Origin: an uncultured Gemmatimonadales bacterium
GTDB lineage: Bacteria; Gemmatimonadota; Gemmatimonadetes; Longimicrobiales; Gaopeijiaceae
Length of the DNA stretch: 64,000 bases
Reading direction: 5' to 3'
Assembly: GCA_963809895.1 (NCBI GenBank)
Contig: CAWELD010000003.1
Span: 512,001-576,000, forward strand
Shown piece after piece: positions 11,782 through 22,983 of this stretch. Each line of letters begins with the position of its first letter. The first letter of the stretch is position 1. The notes under the pieces were generated by a model. That model searched no databases, had not been told where the DNA came from, and worked only from the letters and a program-made list of their open reading frames with translations. Both the position numbers and the translations under genes were made by a program.

Positions 11782-11945
11782 CAGCCTCGGAGCCCGCGCC
11801 GGCGCGGCGACGATGCCCTGCCGTTGCGGAGCTCCCCATACCCCCTCCAGGGGTGACGCGGCGTCTGCGATTGCCTAAGATGTCGGGGCTCGGGGCCGCC
11901 TCGTCTGCGGCCCCCGCCCACAACCTCTAAAGTGGCGGACGTACG

Positions 11946-13061
11946 ATGCTTATCGGGGTTCCGAAGGAGATCAAGCGGGAAGAGTACCGGGTTGCCCTGA
12001 CGCCGGCGGGGGCCGAGGCCCTCACCCACGCCGGACACCAGGTCCTGGTGCAGAAAGATGCCGGTCTGGGCAGCGGCTTCACCGACGACTTCTACGCCGC
12101 GGCAGGTGCGGAGATCGTCGAATCGGCCGAAGCCGTGTGGGCTCGGGCCGAGATGATCATGAAGGTGAAGGAGCCTATCGAGCCCGAGTGGCCGCACATG
12201 CGCGAGGGCCAGCTCATGTTCACCTACTTCCACTTCGCGGCGTCGGAGCCTCTCACCCGGGCGGTGATGGACTCCGGTGCGGTGGCGCTGGCGTACGAGA
12301 CGGTGGAGCTCCCCAGCGGAGAGTTGCCGCTTCTCACGCCCATGTCCGAGGTGGCGGGCCGCATGGCCATCCAGGAGGGTGCCAAGTACCTGGAGCGGCA
12401 TTCCGGCGGCGCGGGCGTGCTCCTGGGCGGCGTGCCCGGCGTGCTCCCCGGCAAGGTGCTCATCCTGGGCGGCGGCGTGGTCGGCATCAACGCCGCGAAG
12501 ATGGCGGCGGGCCTGGGCGCGCGGGTGTCGATCATGGACATCGACCTCACCCGCCTGCGCTACCTCGAAGACGTCATGCCGGCCAACGTCAACCTGCTGT
12601 TCAGCACGCGCTACGCGGTGCGCAAGCAGCTCGAGGACGCCGACCTGGTCGTGGGCGCGGTTCTGATCCCGGGCAAGAAGGCGCCCAGCCTCGTGACCCG
12701 CGAAGACCTCAAGAACATGCGGCCTGGCGCGGTCATCGTCGACGTGGCCGTGGATCAGGGTGGGTGCGTGGAGACCATCAAACCCACGACCCACGACGAT
12801 CCCATCTACACCGTGGAGGGCGTCATCCACTACGCCGTGGCGAACATGCCCGGCGGTGTTCCCCGGACCAGCACGCTGGCCCTCACCAACGCCACCCTGC
12901 CGTACGCCCTGACGCTGGCCGGGCACGGCTGGAAGGCGGCTTGCACCGGTGATCCGGCGTTGGCCAAGGGACTGAACGTGGTGGAGGGCAAGATCTGTTA
13001 CGCGGGCGTGGCGGAGGCCTTCGGTCTCCCGTCGCACGACGTGTCGGACTTCCTGGCCTGA
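11946..13061 (+). CDS. ald: Alanine dehydrogenase
   Basis: [53 protein letters not shown]. Confidence 0.97.
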   Translation: MLIGVPKEIKREEYRVALTPAGAEALTHAGHQVLVQKDAGLGSGFTDDFYAAAGAEIVESAEAVWARAEMIMKVKEPIEPEWPHMREGQLMFTYFHFAASEPLTRAVMDSGAVALAYETVELPSGELPLLTPMSEVAGRMAIQEGAKYLERHSGGAGVLLGGVPGVLPGKVLILGGGVVGINAAKMAAGLGARVSIMDIDLTRLRYLEDVMPANVNLLFSTRYAVRKQLEDADLVVGAVLIPGKKAPSLVTREDLKNMRPGAVIVDVAVDQGGCVETIKPTTHDDPIYTVEGVIHYAVANMPGGVPRTSTLALTNATLPYALTLAGHGWKAACTGDPALAKGLNVVEGKICYAGVAEAFGLPSHDVSDFLA

Positions 13062-13172
13062 CACCCAGCCGACGTGGCGCACAACGCGGGGCGGGGTGGC
13101 GTTCTGCCGCTCCGCCCCGCAGCCGTTGTCCGCATTCCATCCCCCTTCGTCCCGAGCCCCGGAGAGCGTGCG

Positions 13173-13622
13173 GTGGCATCCGACGTGGTCCGCTTCAAGC
13201 GGCTGGACAGCAATCCCGATCTTCCTCTGCCCTCACGGGCCACGACCCACGCCGCCGGCTACGACGTGCGCTCCGCCGAGGCGGACTTCGTGCTGGAGCC
13301 CGGCGAGATCCGGCTGGTGGCCACCGGCCTGGTCATGGAGCTCCCGCTCGACGTGGAGTGCCAGGTGCGGCCGCGCTCGGGTCTGGCGGTGCGCCACGGG
13401 ATCAGCATGCCCAACACGCCCGGGACCATCGATCCGGACTACCGCGGCGAGGTGAAGGTGCCTCTCATCAACCTCGGGCGGGAACCGGTCACCATCGCAC
13501 GCGGCGAGCGCATCGCACAGATGGTCTTCGCCCGCTTCGCGGCCCTCGGCGTGGAGGAGGTGGAGGAGGTGGGGGACACCCATCGGGGCGAGGGAGGATT
13601 CGGGTCCACGGGTCGCGGATGA
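13173..13622 (+). CDS. dut: dUTP diphosphatase
   Basis: [42 protein letters not shown] start after GGAG. Confidence 0.97.
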   Translation: MASDVVRFKRLDSNPDLPLPSRATTHAAGYDVRSAEADFVLEPGEIRLVATGLVMELPLDVECQVRPRSGLAVRHGISMPNTPGTIDPDYRGEVKVPLINLGREPVTIARGERIAQMVFARFAALGVEEVEEVGDTHRGEGGFGSTGRG

Positions 13623-13671
13623 CCCCGCGAGAGCGGTGCCCCGAACGGGGGCGCCGAGGCGGGCATTGTCC

Positions 13672-13700
13672 TTGCAACACGCAGGGTCCCGGTATACCTT
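13672..13700 (+). promoter_or_regulatory. Putative sigma70 promoter of the mre operon
   Basis: TTGCAA-17 bp-TACCTT upstream of mreB. Confidence 0.5.
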
Positions 13701-13776
13701 CGGTCTCCGCCCGCCGGTCCCTTCCGGGCCACGAGCGGGGCGCCTCCGACGCCCACCGCTACAACGAGAGTCCACC

Positions 13777-14811
13777 TTGCCGCGCTGGTTCAACTCGGGC
13801 CGCCTGGTCCCCGTAAACGACATCGCCGTGGATCTGGGTACCGCCAATACCCTGGTCTACGTGAAGGGCGAAGGAATCGTCCTCAACGAGCCCTCCGTGG
13901 TGGCGGTGGAGAAGTCCGGGCGCAAGATCATGGGGATCGGGCTCGAGGCGAAGCGCATGCTGGGCCGCACACCCGAGGGCATCGAGGCGGTCCGGCCACT
14001 GAAGGACGGCGTCATCGCCGACGTGGACGTGACGGAGATGATGCTCCGCCACTTCCTCAAGCAGGTCACGGCCAAGCGCATCTTCCGCATCAAGCCCCGG
14101 GTGATCGTGGGCGTGCCCTCGGGGATCACGGAGCTGGAGCGGCGGGCCGTGCGCTCGTCGGCCATGGCCGCGGGCGCCAAGGCCGTCTACATGGTGGACG
14201 AGCCCATGGCCGCCGCCATCGGCGTGGGGCTTCCGGTGGAGACCCCCACAGGCAACATGGTGATCGACATCGGAGGCGGCACCACCGAGATCGCGGTCAT
14301 CGCGCTCTCCGGCATCGTCTCCAATACCTCCATCCGGGTGGGCGGCGACGAGCTGGATTCGGCCATCGTCACCTTCCTGCGCAAGAACTACAATCTCCTC
14401 ATCGGTGAGCCCACCGCCGAGGCCATCAAGATCCAGATCGGCTCCGCCTTCGATTTCGAAGACGAGCGCGAGATGGAGGTGAAGGGGCGCGACCTGGTGA
14501 GCGGGATCCCCAAGACCGTCACGGTCCACTCCCAGGAGATCCGCGAGTGCATCCAGGAGCCCATCCAGGCCATCGTCGAGGCGGTGCGCCGGGCGCTGGA
14601 GATCACCCCGCCGGAGCTGTCGTCGGACATCGTGGACCGCGGCATCGTCATGACCGGCGGCGGTGCCCTCATCCGCGGGCTGGACCGGCTGCTGGCGCAC
14701 GAGACCAACCTCCCCATCCACGTGGACGAGGAGCCGCTCACCTGTGTGGTGCGCGGAGCGGGACGCGTCCTGGACGATCTGAACAAGTATCGGTCCGTCC
14801 TGACGACGTGA
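13777..14811 (+). CDS. mreB: Rod shape-determining protein MreB
   Basis: DLGTANT, NEPSVVA, RPLKDGVIAD, DIGGGTTE, TGGGAL; TTG start inferred. Confidence 0.97.
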   Translation: MPRWFNSGRLVPVNDIAVDLGTANTLVYVKGEGIVLNEPSVVAVEKSGRKIMGIGLEAKRMLGRTPEGIEAVRPLKDGVIADVDVTEMMLRHFLKQVTAKRIFRIKPRVIVGVPSGITELERRAVRSSAMAAGAKAVYMVDEPMAAAIGVGLPVETPTGNMVIDIGGGTTEIAVIALSGIVSNTSIRVGGDELDSAIVTFLRKNYNLLIGEPTAEAIKIQIGSAFDFEDEREMEVKGRDLVSGIPKTVTVHSQEIRECIQEPIQAIVEAVRRALEITPPELSSDIVDRGIVMTGGGALIRGLDRLLAHETNLPIHVDEEPLTCVVRGAGRVLDDLNKYRSVLTT

Positions 14812-14818
14812 GGGGGCC

Positions 14819-15829
14819 GTGCCCCCGTTCGAGACTCCCGACCTTTCCGAGGCGGCCGCCCGCCGACAGACCTGGGGCGCGCTCGGGGTGCTCCTGGCGG
14901 CCTTCGTGGTGGCCTTCCTGCCCGACGGTGCCCAACAGGCGGTAGCGTCCAGCCTGCGCTACTCCGTGCTCCGACCGTTTCTGGCCTTGCAGCAGACGCT
15001 GGTGCGGGCGCGCCTCCACACCCAGGAGGTGGAGCGGTTGCGGGCGGAGCTGGACACCGCTCAGGTGGCGCTGTTGAACCGGGCCACCCTGGAGGCCGAG
15101 AACGCCCGTCTGCGGAGCCTGCTGGCGCTGTCCGCGCGCCTGGGCACCGAATACGAGGCCGCGGTGGCAATCCGGCCGGGCACGACCGGCTCCGAGAGCA
15201 TGTTCATCCTGGACGTGGGCTCGGACCAGGGCGTGCAGGCGCGGGCACCCGTGGTCACACGCGAGGGCCTGGCCGGCGTCGTGCGCGAGGTTCGGGAGAC
15301 CACGGCCATCGGCATGGACTGGACGCACCCCGATTTCAGGGCCAGCGCCATGACGCTGGACGGGCTCACCTACGGCTTCGTGGAGAGCCGCCGAGGCATC
15401 TTCCGGGAGAGCGACCGCCTGGTTCTGACCGGCACCCCCTACAGCACGAATCTGGTCCCGGGCTCGGTGATCGTGACGTCGGGGTTGGGCGGGGTGTTTC
15501 CCCGGGGGATTCCCATCGGCCGCGTGGACACGCTGGCGGTGGCCGAAGGAGGGTGGCGCAAGAGCTACTGGCTGCAACCCTTCGTGGACGTGGGCAGCAT
15601 CTCCCAGGTGCTGGTGGCGGTGGGGGATCCCTCTACGCGACGCATCGACGTGGGCGAGGCGTTTCCGCCCGACGAGGCGGGCACGGCGAGTGAGTACCTG
15701 GCACGGCAGCAGGCCCGCGCGGATTCGTTGGCGCGGCTGAGCGACGAGGTACGGCGTCTCAGGGCGCGGCTCGACTCGCTCAGGCGGGGGCCGTCTGGCG
15801 GTGAAGCTCCAGCGGGAGGCGTCCGGTGA
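14819..15829 (+). CDS. mreC: Rod shape-determining protein MreC
   Basis: N-terminal TM, coiled coil LEAENARLRSLL, TSGLGGVFPRGIPIGRV. Confidence 0.93.
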   Translation: MPPFETPDLSEAAARRQTWGALGVLLAAFVVAFLPDGAQQAVASSLRYSVLRPFLALQQTLVRARLHTQEVERLRAELDTAQVALLNRATLEAENARLRSLLALSARLGTEYEAAVAIRPGTTGSESMFILDVGSDQGVQARAPVVTREGLAGVVREVRETTAIGMDWTHPDFRASAMTLDGLTYGFVESRRGIFRESDRLVLTGTPYSTNLVPGSVIVTSGLGGVFPRGIPIGRVDTLAVAEGGWRKSYWLQPFVDVGSISQVLVAVGDPSTRRIDVGEAFPPDEAGTASEYLARQQARADSLARLSDEVRRLRARLDSLRRGPSGGEAPAGGVR

Positions 15830-16308
15830 GGCTCCGTGTCATGATCACGGCGATTTTCCTGGTGGTCCTCCACTTCGTGCTGCACGTGGGGATCGGCTGG
15901 GGGCCCGGAGCGCCGGACCTGCTCACGCTGGGACTCCTGCTGGCCGTGCGCGAGATGGGCATGGGCTGGGGCGCCTTGCTGGGCTTCGGCCTCGGCCTCC
16001 TCGAGGACTCCCTGAGCGTGCTGACCTTCGGCGCGGCGACCATGGCACTGACGGTGGTGGGAGCCGCCGGCGCACGCACGCGGGACCTGTTCGTGGGCGA
16101 TTCGAGGCTCTTCGCCGTGACCTATTTCCTGCTCGGGAAATGGTGCCGGGACCTGATCCACTGGCTGATGGTAGGAGAGGAGTTGCGCGAGCCTTTCGTG
16201 CGAGCGGTGCTGGTGGACTCCACGCTCGCATCCGTGTACATGGCCCTGGTGGGGCTGGCGGTGCTCGCGTTGACTGGCGTGTCGTGGGAGTCGTCCGGGA
16301 GCCGGTGA
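15826..16308 (+). CDS. mreD: Rod shape-determining protein MreD
   Basis: Hydrophobic multi-TM protein, PDLL..GF.LGLLED motif, operon position. Confidence 0.9.
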   Translation: MRLRVMITAIFLVVLHFVLHVGIGWGPGAPDLLTLGLLLAVREMGMGWGALLGFGLGLLEDSLSVLTFGAATMALTVVGAAGARTRDLFVGDSRLFAVTYFLLGKWCRDLIHWLMVGEELREPFVRAVLVDSTLASVYMALVGLAVLALTGVSWESSGSR

Positions 16309-16309
16309 G

Positions 16310-18166
16310 TTGAACGCGAATCATCCGCATGCGCGGCGAGCGCGGAGCAGGGTGGCCTCCCTGGTCCTGGCCGGCTGCATGCTCGTGCTGTTGGGCGCGT
16401 TCTTCCGCGCGCAGGTGGTGCGCTCCAGCACCTACGTGCTGACGGCCGAGTCCAACCGCCTGCGGCCCCTGGACCTGCCTCCGCCCCGCGGGCGCATCCT
16501 GGACCGGAACGGCGACATCATCGCCGACAACATCCCCGGCTACGCCGTGACGCTCCTGCCCGCGTCGCTGGATTCCATGCGTGCGAACCTGGAGCGCCTG
16601 CGGCAGGTGCTCCCCCTGGACAGCGCCCGGGTGGCGCGCCTCATGGACCGGGCACGGCGCGAGTACGGACAGCCCCTGGTGGTGGCGTCGGACGCGTCGT
16701 TCGAGGACGTGGCCGCGCTGGAGGAGCGCCGGGCCGAGTTTCCCAACGTCTTCATCGAGTCCCGTCCGAAGCGGCGCTACATGGGCGGCGCGGCGGTGGG
16801 CCACGTCATGGGCTACATCGGCGAGATCACAGCCGGCGAGCTGGACTCCCCCTACTACGCCGACGACCACTACGAGCAGGGACTGGTGGTGGGAAAGACC
16901 GGGATCGAGCGCCAGTACGAGCACCTGCTGCAGGGTCGCAAGGGCGTGCGTTACGTGGAGGTGGACGCCCGCGGACGCATCGTGGGAGACTTCTCGGGGA
17001 TCTCCACCCGGCCGGCCACGCCGGGTCAGGACATCCGGCTGAGCATCGATCTGGGACTCCAGGAGTGGATCGCCCACATCTTTCCGGATTCCATGATGGG
17101 GGCCGTGGTGGCGCTGGACCCCGCCGATGGTAGCGTCCTGGCCCTGTACTCGGCGCCGTCGTACGATCCCAACGACTTCGTGGGTGGGATCGACACCGAC
17201 ACCTGGACGCGCCTCAACACCGACGAGCGCAAGCCGCTCTACAACAAGGCCGTGCTGGGCCGCTTCGCGCCGGCCTCCACCTGGAAGCTGGCCACGGCCG
17301 CCATCGCGTTGGATCTGGGCGTCGTGCAGCCCGACGAGAAGATGCCGGTGCCGTGCACGGGGAGCTACCGCTACGGTAACCGCACCTGGCACTGCTGGAA
17401 GGCCGGCGGCCACGGAGACATCAACCTGCTGGAGGCCATCCAGCACTCCTGTGACGTCTACTTCTACCAGCTCGGTCTGCGCATCGGGCTGAAACGGTTC
17501 CTGGACGACGCCAACCGCCTGGGGTTCGCCCAGACCTGCGGTGTCGACCTGCCGCGCGAGAACCCGGGCATCTTTCCGAAGGGTCCCGAATACTGGCAGA
17601 ACGTCTGGGGCTACACCCCGCAGGAGGGCGAGGTGCTGTCGCTGGCCATCGGCCAGGGCCCCAACTCACAGACGCCGCTGAAGATGGCCCAGTTCTACAC
17701 GGCGTTGGCCCGGGACGGGTCGGCCCCGACTCCCCGCATCTATCCGGACGGACCGGACCCGGACGGCGAGGGTTGGCAGCTCCATCTGACGCCCGAGGCC
17801 ATCGCCACGCTGCGCGAGGGGCTCCGCCGGGTCACGGCGCCAGGGGGCACCGCCTACATGGCCTCGCTGGAGCACTTCGACCTGTACGGCAAGACAGGCA
17901 CGGGACAGAACGGACTCAGCGTCGCCGGGCTCGCAGAGGACGACGCCTGGTTCGCGGGCATGGCGGGGCCCAAGGGCGGTGACCCGGAGATCGTGGTGGT
18001 GGCGCTGGTGCAGTACGGCGCCCACGGCTCGTCGGTGGCGGCTCCCATCGTGGCCAAGGCCGCCGACTACTACCTGCGCGAGAAGTACGGCATCCCCATG
18101 GACACCATCCAGACGCTGGGCGAGACCATCCGGGTCCGGGGCTGGCCGTCCTGGGCTGCGAGGTAG
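16310..18166 (+). CDS. mrdA: Penicillin-binding protein 2
   Basis: PRGRILDRNG, GKTGIERQYE, SxxK (STWK), SCD, KTGT motifs. Confidence 0.95.
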   Translation: MNANHPHARRARSRVASLVLAGCMLVLLGAFFRAQVVRSSTYVLTAESNRLRPLDLPPPRGRILDRNGDIIADNIPGYAVTLLPASLDSMRANLERLRQVLPLDSARVARLMDRARREYGQPLVVASDASFEDVAALEERRAEFPNVFIESRPKRRYMGGAAVGHVMGYIGEITAGELDSPYYADDHYEQGLVVGKTGIERQYEHLLQGRKGVRYVEVDARGRIVGDFSGISTRPATPGQDIRLSIDLGLQEWIAHIFPDSMMGAVVALDPADGSVLALYSAPSYDPNDFVGGIDTDTWTRLNTDERKPLYNKAVLGRFAPASTWKLATAAIALDLGVVQPDEKMPVPCTGSYRYGNRTWHCWKAGGHGDINLLEAIQHSCDVYFYQLGLRIGLKRFLDDANRLGFAQTCGVDLPRENPGIFPKGPEYWQNVWGYTPQEGEVLSLAIGQGPNSQTPLKMAQFYTALARDGSAPTPRIYPDGPDPDGEGWQLHLTPEAIATLREGLRRVTAPGGTAYMASLEHFDLYGKTGTGQNGLSVAGLAEDDAWFAGMAGPKGGDPEIVVVALVQYGAHGSSVAAPIVAKAADYYLREKYGIPMDTIQTLGETIRVRGWPSWAAR

Positions 18167-18170
18167 CGCG

Positions 18171-19418
18171 TTGAAGCGTCTCTTCCGCGAGTGGGCCGTG
18201 GACCCGCCCCTGGTGGGGGCGGTCCTGCTGCTGACCCTCTTCGGCATCGCCATGATCTACTCGGCGGGGGTGACCAACAACCCCACCACCGCCGAGGGTG
18301 TCTGGGTGCGCCAGCTCGTCTGGTTCGGGCTCGCGCTGGGCGTGTTCACGGTGGTGAGCCGCGTGCCCCTGCGCTGGCTGGAATGGGTGGCGGTGCCGGC
18401 CTACGTCTTCAGCGTGGTGTTGCTGGCGGCGACGCTGGTGGTGGGTACCGGCGCCGGCACCGCCTCGGGCACCCGCAGCTGGATCGCTTTCGGACCCCTC
18501 CGCTTCCAGCCCGCCGAGGTGGCGAAGCTGGCCACGATCCTGGTGCTGGCCCGGCTCATGGCGGCTCGCGACGAGGCGCCGGCGAGCCTGCGCGACGTCC
18601 TGGCTCCCGGCGCGCTGGCGGCGCTCCCCCTGTTGCTCGTGCTCAAGCAGCCCGATCTCGGCACGGCGCAGGCGTTCGTGGGGATTCTGTTCGCGGTCCT
18701 CTTCTGGGCCGGGACACCGGTGCCGTTGCTTCTCCTGCTCGCCAGCCCGGTGCTGGGGCTGATCCTGTCCTTCGATACCCGGGTGTGGTCGGTCTACATC
18801 GTGGCCGTGCTGGCGGTCCTCTACCTGATGCGCTACCGCCTGTTCTTCTACGAGTCCGTGGCGGTGCTGCTGGCCAACGTGGCGGCGGGCACCATCGCGG
18901 CGCCGTTGTGGCGATCGCTGGCCGAGTACCAGCAGAACCGCCTGCTGGTGTTCCTGGATCCCGACGTGGACCCCCGGGGCGCGGGCTACCACCTCATCCA
19001 ATCCAAGGTGGCCATCGGCAGCGGCGGCATCTGGGGCAAAGGCTTCACGCTGGGCACGCAGAAGCGCTTCGGCTTCCTGCCGGAACAGCACACGGATTTC
19101 ATCTTCAGCGTGGTGGGCGAGGAGCTGGGATTCCTCGGTGTGGCGCTGGCTCTGGGGCTGTTCACCTTCGTCCTGTTACGCCTGGTCCGGCTGGCGGAGA
19201 ACTCCGCGGATCCCTTTGCCGGCACCGTGCTCCTGGGTATCTTCGGGGCCTGGTTGGTCCATATCTTCGTCAACGTCGGGATGACGGTCGGACTCGTCCC
19301 GGTGACAGGGATCCCCCTGCCGTTCGTGAGCTACGGGGGGTCCTTTCTCTTGATGTCGTGGGTGGCCCTGGCGGTGGCGGTACGGGTGGCCCATGACGAC
19401 GAGCGCCCCACGACCTGA
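18171..19418 (+). CDS. rodA: Rod shape-determining SEDS protein RodA
   Basis: FQPAEVAK, QPDLGTA, GYHLIQSKVAIGSGG, LPEQHTDFIF, TGIPLPFVSYGGS; TTG start inferred. Confidence 0.95.
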   Translation: MKRLFREWAVDPPLVGAVLLLTLFGIAMIYSAGVTNNPTTAEGVWVRQLVWFGLALGVFTVVSRVPLRWLEWVAVPAYVFSVVLLAATLVVGTGAGTASGTRSWIAFGPLRFQPAEVAKLATILVLARLMAARDEAPASLRDVLAPGALAALPLLLVLKQPDLGTAQAFVGILFAVLFWAGTPVPLLLLLASPVLGLILSFDTRVWSVYIVAVLAVLYLMRYRLFFYESVAVLLANVAAGTIAAPLWRSLAEYQQNRLLVFLDPDVDPRGAGYHLIQSKVAIGSGGIWGKGFTLGTQKRFGFLPEQHTDFIFSVVGEELGFLGVALALGLFTFVLLRLVRLAENSADPFAGTVLLGIFGAWLVHIFVNVGMTVGLVPVTGIPLPFVSYGGSFLLMSWVALAVAVRVAHDDERPTT

Positions 19419-19452
19419 CGGTCTCCGGGCGCCGAAGGAGGCCCACAAGGCC

Positions 19453-20310
19453 ATGGCCTGGTTCCGCAAGGACAAGAAGCCGCTCAAGGCGTCGGACCGG
19501 AGGGATGTGCCCGGTGACGTCTTCGACAAGTGCGAAGGCTGCGGCGAGATCGTCTACGGTGAGAAGCTCGCACAGAACCTGGGTGTGTGCCCGAACTGCG
19601 GATTCCACAGCCGCATCTCCGCCGAGCGCTATCTGGAGATCCTCCTCGACGAGGACTCGTTCGGCGAGCTGGACGCCCACCTGAGAAGCGGTGATCCCCT
19701 GGGATTCACGGATCTGAAGGGCTATCCGGACCGGATCGCTGCCGCCGAGAAGAAGGTGGGCCGCAACGACGCGGTCATCACCGGCGCCGGCACGTTGCAG
19801 GGCATTCCCGTGGCCATGGCGGTCATGGACTTCCGCTTCGTGGGCGGCTCCATGGGATCGGTGGTGGGCGAGAAGATCGCCCGGGTGGGGAAGCTCGCCC
19901 TGGAGCGGGAGTGGCCGCTGATCATCGTGAGCGCCTCCGGAGGCGCGCGCATGCAGGAGGGCATCTACTCACTCATGCAGATGGCCAAGACCTCGACGGT
20001 CCTGGCCCGGCTGCACGAGGCGGGCATCCCCTTCATCTCCATTCTCACGGATCCCACCACCGGCGGCGTGACCGCCTCCTACGCCATGCTGGGCGACGCC
20101 AACCTCGCCGAGCCCGGCGCGCTCATCGGCTTCGCCGGGCCCCGGGTCATCGAGGAGACCATCAAGCAGGAGCTTCCCGAGGGATTCCAGCGCGCCGAAT
20201 TCCTGCTGGAGCACGGCATGGTGGACCGGGTCGTGGACCGCCGGGAGCTCCAGGACACCGTGGCCAGGCTGCTGCGCCACATGCGGAACGAGCCGGAGCC
20301 CGACGAATGA
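19453..20310 (+). CDS. accD: Acetyl-CoA carboxylase carboxyltransferase beta subunit
   Basis: Zinc finger CEGC..CPNC, GGSMGSVVGEK, SGGARMQEG, PTTGGVTAS, GFAGPRVI. Confidence 0.97.
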   Translation: MAWFRKDKKPLKASDRRDVPGDVFDKCEGCGEIVYGEKLAQNLGVCPNCGFHSRISAERYLEILLDEDSFGELDAHLRSGDPLGFTDLKGYPDRIAAAEKKVGRNDAVITGAGTLQGIPVAMAVMDFRFVGGSMGSVVGEKIARVGKLALEREWPLIIVSASGGARMQEGIYSLMQMAKTSTVLARLHEAGIPFISILTDPTTGGVTASYAMLGDANLAEPGALIGFAGPRVIEETIKQELPEGFQRAEFLLEHGMVDRVVDRRELQDTVARLLRHMRNEPEPDE

Positions 20311-21683
20311 CCGACGGCGGTTCGGGCCGGAGCGGGGGCGTGACGGCGTCGCCCGACCGGCTGGACCGTCCCTTCGAGGATCCGCTCTTCGATCGGCTCT
20401 TTCCTCCGCTGCCGGCGGGGGTGCACTGGGGGCTCGAGCGGGTGCGGGCCGCGCTGGAGGCGCTGGGCGACCCCCAGGATCGTGCCGCCGCGCTTCACGT
20501 CGGAGGCACCAACGGCAAGGGCTCGGTGGCCTCCACCTCGGCCTCGGTGCTGGGGATGGCGGGCCTGCGCGTGGGCCTCTACACCTCCCCTCACCTGTGC
20601 TCGGTGCGGGAGCGCTTCCAGGTGGGCGGCGCGCCCATCGCCGAGGACGCGCTCATCGGCTACGCCGACGAGATCCGGCCGGTGGTGCGGGAGTACGGTC
20701 TCACCTTCTTCGAGGCCGCCACGGTGCTGGCCTTCCACGCGTTCTACCGCGAGGAGGTGGACGTCCAGGTCGTGGAAGTGGGGCTCGGCGGACGGCTGGA
20801 CGCCACCAACGTGCTGCGGCCCGTGGCGTGCGCCATCACCAACGTGGCCCTGGACCACGCCGAGTTCCTGGGCGACACGCTGGAGGCCATCGCCGGCGAG
20901 AAGGCCGGCATTCTCAAGTCGGGCGTGCCGGCGGTGACCGCGGAGACCGATACGTCCATCCTGGCGGTGTTCCGCCGGGTGGCCGCCGAGGTGGGGGCGC
21001 CGCTCTCCACGCTGGATCCCGCCCGTGATCTGGGCGACGTGGAGGTGGCCCGCGACCACACCGCCTTCACCCTGGACACCCGGGCCTGGGGCGAGCTCCG
21101 GCTGCGCACGCCGCTGGTCGGGCGCCACCAGGCCGTCAACGCGGCGCTGGCGGTGGAGCTTCTGGAGCACCTGCCCGAGCGCGTGAGACCGTCGGCCGAC
21201 GAGGTGCGCCGCGGGGTGGCCGGGGTGCGCTGGCCGGGTCGCGATCAGATCGAGGTCGTGGACGGCGGCACCTGGCTCTTCGACGTGGCCCACAACATCG
21301 CCGGCATCCAGTCCCTGGTATCGGTGCTGGATCGCCTCGATCTGCCCGGGCCCCGGGTCGGGCTGGTGGGCGTGCTGGGCGACAAGGACTGGCGAGCCAT
21401 GCTGCCCCCGCTGCTGGAGCGGCTGGACCACGCCGTATTCACGCAGCCCACCTCGGCGCCTGAGGCCCGTCGCTGGGATCCCGGCGAGGCCGTGGAAGCG
21501 GTGAGCCGGCTCGCGGGGGGAGCCCCCTGCGGCCTGACGCGGGAGGCGGACTTCGAGACGGCGCTCGCCGAGGCGCGGCGCCGGGCCGGCGACGGCACGG
21601 TGGTGGTGACCGGTTCCTGTCACACCGTGGGCGACGCCCTGGCCGCCCTGGGTCGGGTTCCATTCGACGGAGCGTCGGCCTAG
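20307..21683 (+). CDS. folC: Folylpolyglutamate synthase/dihydrofolate synthase
   Basis: HVGGTNGKGS, YTSPHL, EVGLGGRLDATN, EKAGI, WPGR, DVAHN; ATGA overlap with accD. Confidence 0.95.
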   Translation: MTDGGSGRSGGVTASPDRLDRPFEDPLFDRLFPPLPAGVHWGLERVRAALEALGDPQDRAAALHVGGTNGKGSVASTSASVLGMAGLRVGLYTSPHLCSVRERFQVGGAPIAEDALIGYADEIRPVVREYGLTFFEAATVLAFHAFYREEVDVQVVEVGLGGRLDATNVLRPVACAITNVALDHAEFLGDTLEAIAGEKAGILKSGVPAVTAETDTSILAVFRRVAAEVGAPLSTLDPARDLGDVEVARDHTAFTLDTRAWGELRLRTPLVGRHQAVNAALAVELLEHLPERVRPSADEVRRGVAGVRWPGRDQIEVVDGGTWLFDVAHNIAGIQSLVSVLDRLDLPGPRVGLVGVLGDKDWRAMLPPLLERLDHAVFTQPTSAPEARRWDPGEAVEAVSRLAGGAPCGLTREADFETALAEARRRAGDGTVVVTGSCHTVGDALAALGRVPFDGASA

Positions 21684-21693
21684 ATTCGCCGCT

Positions 21694-22983
21694 ATGGCCG
21701 CTTCTGAATTCTCGCGGCTGCCGGGCTTTCGGGACTTCGTTCCCGAAGACATGGCAGTCCGCTCGCACATCTTCGATGCCTGGCGCCGGGTCTCCCGGCG
21801 CTACGGCTTTCTGGAGTACGACGGACCCCCGCTCGAGCCGCTGGAGCTCTACGTGGAGAAGAGCGGCGAGGAGATCGTCGGGCAACTCTACAACTTCACG
21901 GACAAGGGGGACCGGGAGATCTCGCTCCGCCCCGAGATGACGCCCTCGCTGGCCCGCATCCTGGGGGAGCGCAGCCGCTCCATGCCCAAGCCCATCCGCT
22001 GGTTCAGCATCCCCCAGCTCTTTCGCTACGAGCGGCAGCAGCGGGGGCGGCTCCGGGAGCACTTCCAGTGGAACGTGGACATCGTGGGCGAGGACGGGGT
22101 GGCGGCGGACGCCGAGGTGCTGGCGGTGGCGCTGGACGCCATGCGCGAGCTGGGCCTGGGTGCCGACGACGTGCGGGCCCGGGTGTCGGACCGGCGGCTC
22201 CTGGCGGCCGTGCTCGACCGGGTGGGGGTCGCCGAAGACGCCCGGGTGGCGGCCTTCGCGGTGGTGGACAAGCTGGAGCGGGAGAGCCGGGAGCGCTCGC
22301 TCGAGCGGCTCCAGGCCGAGGCCGGTGTCGACGCGGCCACCGCCGAGGGCATCCTGGCCCTCTTCGACGCGCCGGGGCTCGAGGCCGTGCGGGAGCGCTT
22401 CGGCGACGACGATCTGGTGGCCGGCGAGCTGGCGCGGCTGGACGACTACCTGGCGATCCTCCAGGCCATGGGGCTCGGGGACTTCGTGGAGTTCGACCTC
22501 ACCATCGTGCGGGGACTGGCCTACTACACCGGGATCGTCTTCGAGCTCTTCGACGCCCGGGGCGAGCTACGGGCCATCTGCGGGGGCGGCCGCTACGACC
22601 GCCTCCTGGAGCTGGTGGGCGGGGAGCCCCTGGGCGCGGTGGGGTTCGGGATGGGCGACGTGGTCCTGGGCGAGCTGCTCCGCGAGCGCGGCCTGCTGCC
22701 CGACCTCAGCCGCCAGCTGGACTACTTCATCGTGGTCATCGGGGCCGAACAGCAGCCCGCGGCCCTGTCGCTGGCGCACGCGCTCCGGGACCGGGGCCAC
22801 TCGGTGGCGTACGCGCTCCGGGACCAGGCCGTGCGCAAACAGTTCAAGAACGCCGAGACCGAGGGCGCCCGGCGCGTGATCGTGCTGGGACCCGACGAGG
22901 CGGCGGCCGGAGAGGTGGTGGTGCGCGACATGGTGAGCGGCGATGAGACCCGCGTTGCGCAGGACCAGATCCGCAGCGGATGA
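21694..22983 (+). CDS. hisS: Histidine--tRNA ligase
   Basis: LRPEMTPS, FRYERQQRGRLREHFQ, VRGLAYYTGIVFE, GGGRYD. Confidence 0.97.
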   Translation: MAASEFSRLPGFRDFVPEDMAVRSHIFDAWRRVSRRYGFLEYDGPPLEPLELYVEKSGEEIVGQLYNFTDKGDREISLRPEMTPSLARILGERSRSMPKPIRWFSIPQLFRYERQQRGRLREHFQWNVDIVGEDGVAADAEVLAVALDAMRELGLGADDVRARVSDRRLLAAVLDRVGVAEDARVAAFAVVDKLERESRERSLERLQAEAGVDAATAEGILALFDAPGLEAVRERFGDDDLVAGELARLDDYLAILQAMGLGDFVEFDLTIVRGLAYYTGIVFELFDARGELRAICGGGRYDRLLELVGGEPLGAVGFGMGDVVLGELLRERGLLPDLSRQLDYFIVVIGAEQQPAALSLAHALRDRGHSVAYALRDQAVRKQFKNAETEGARRVIVLGPDEAAAGEVVVRDMVSGDETRVAQDQIRSG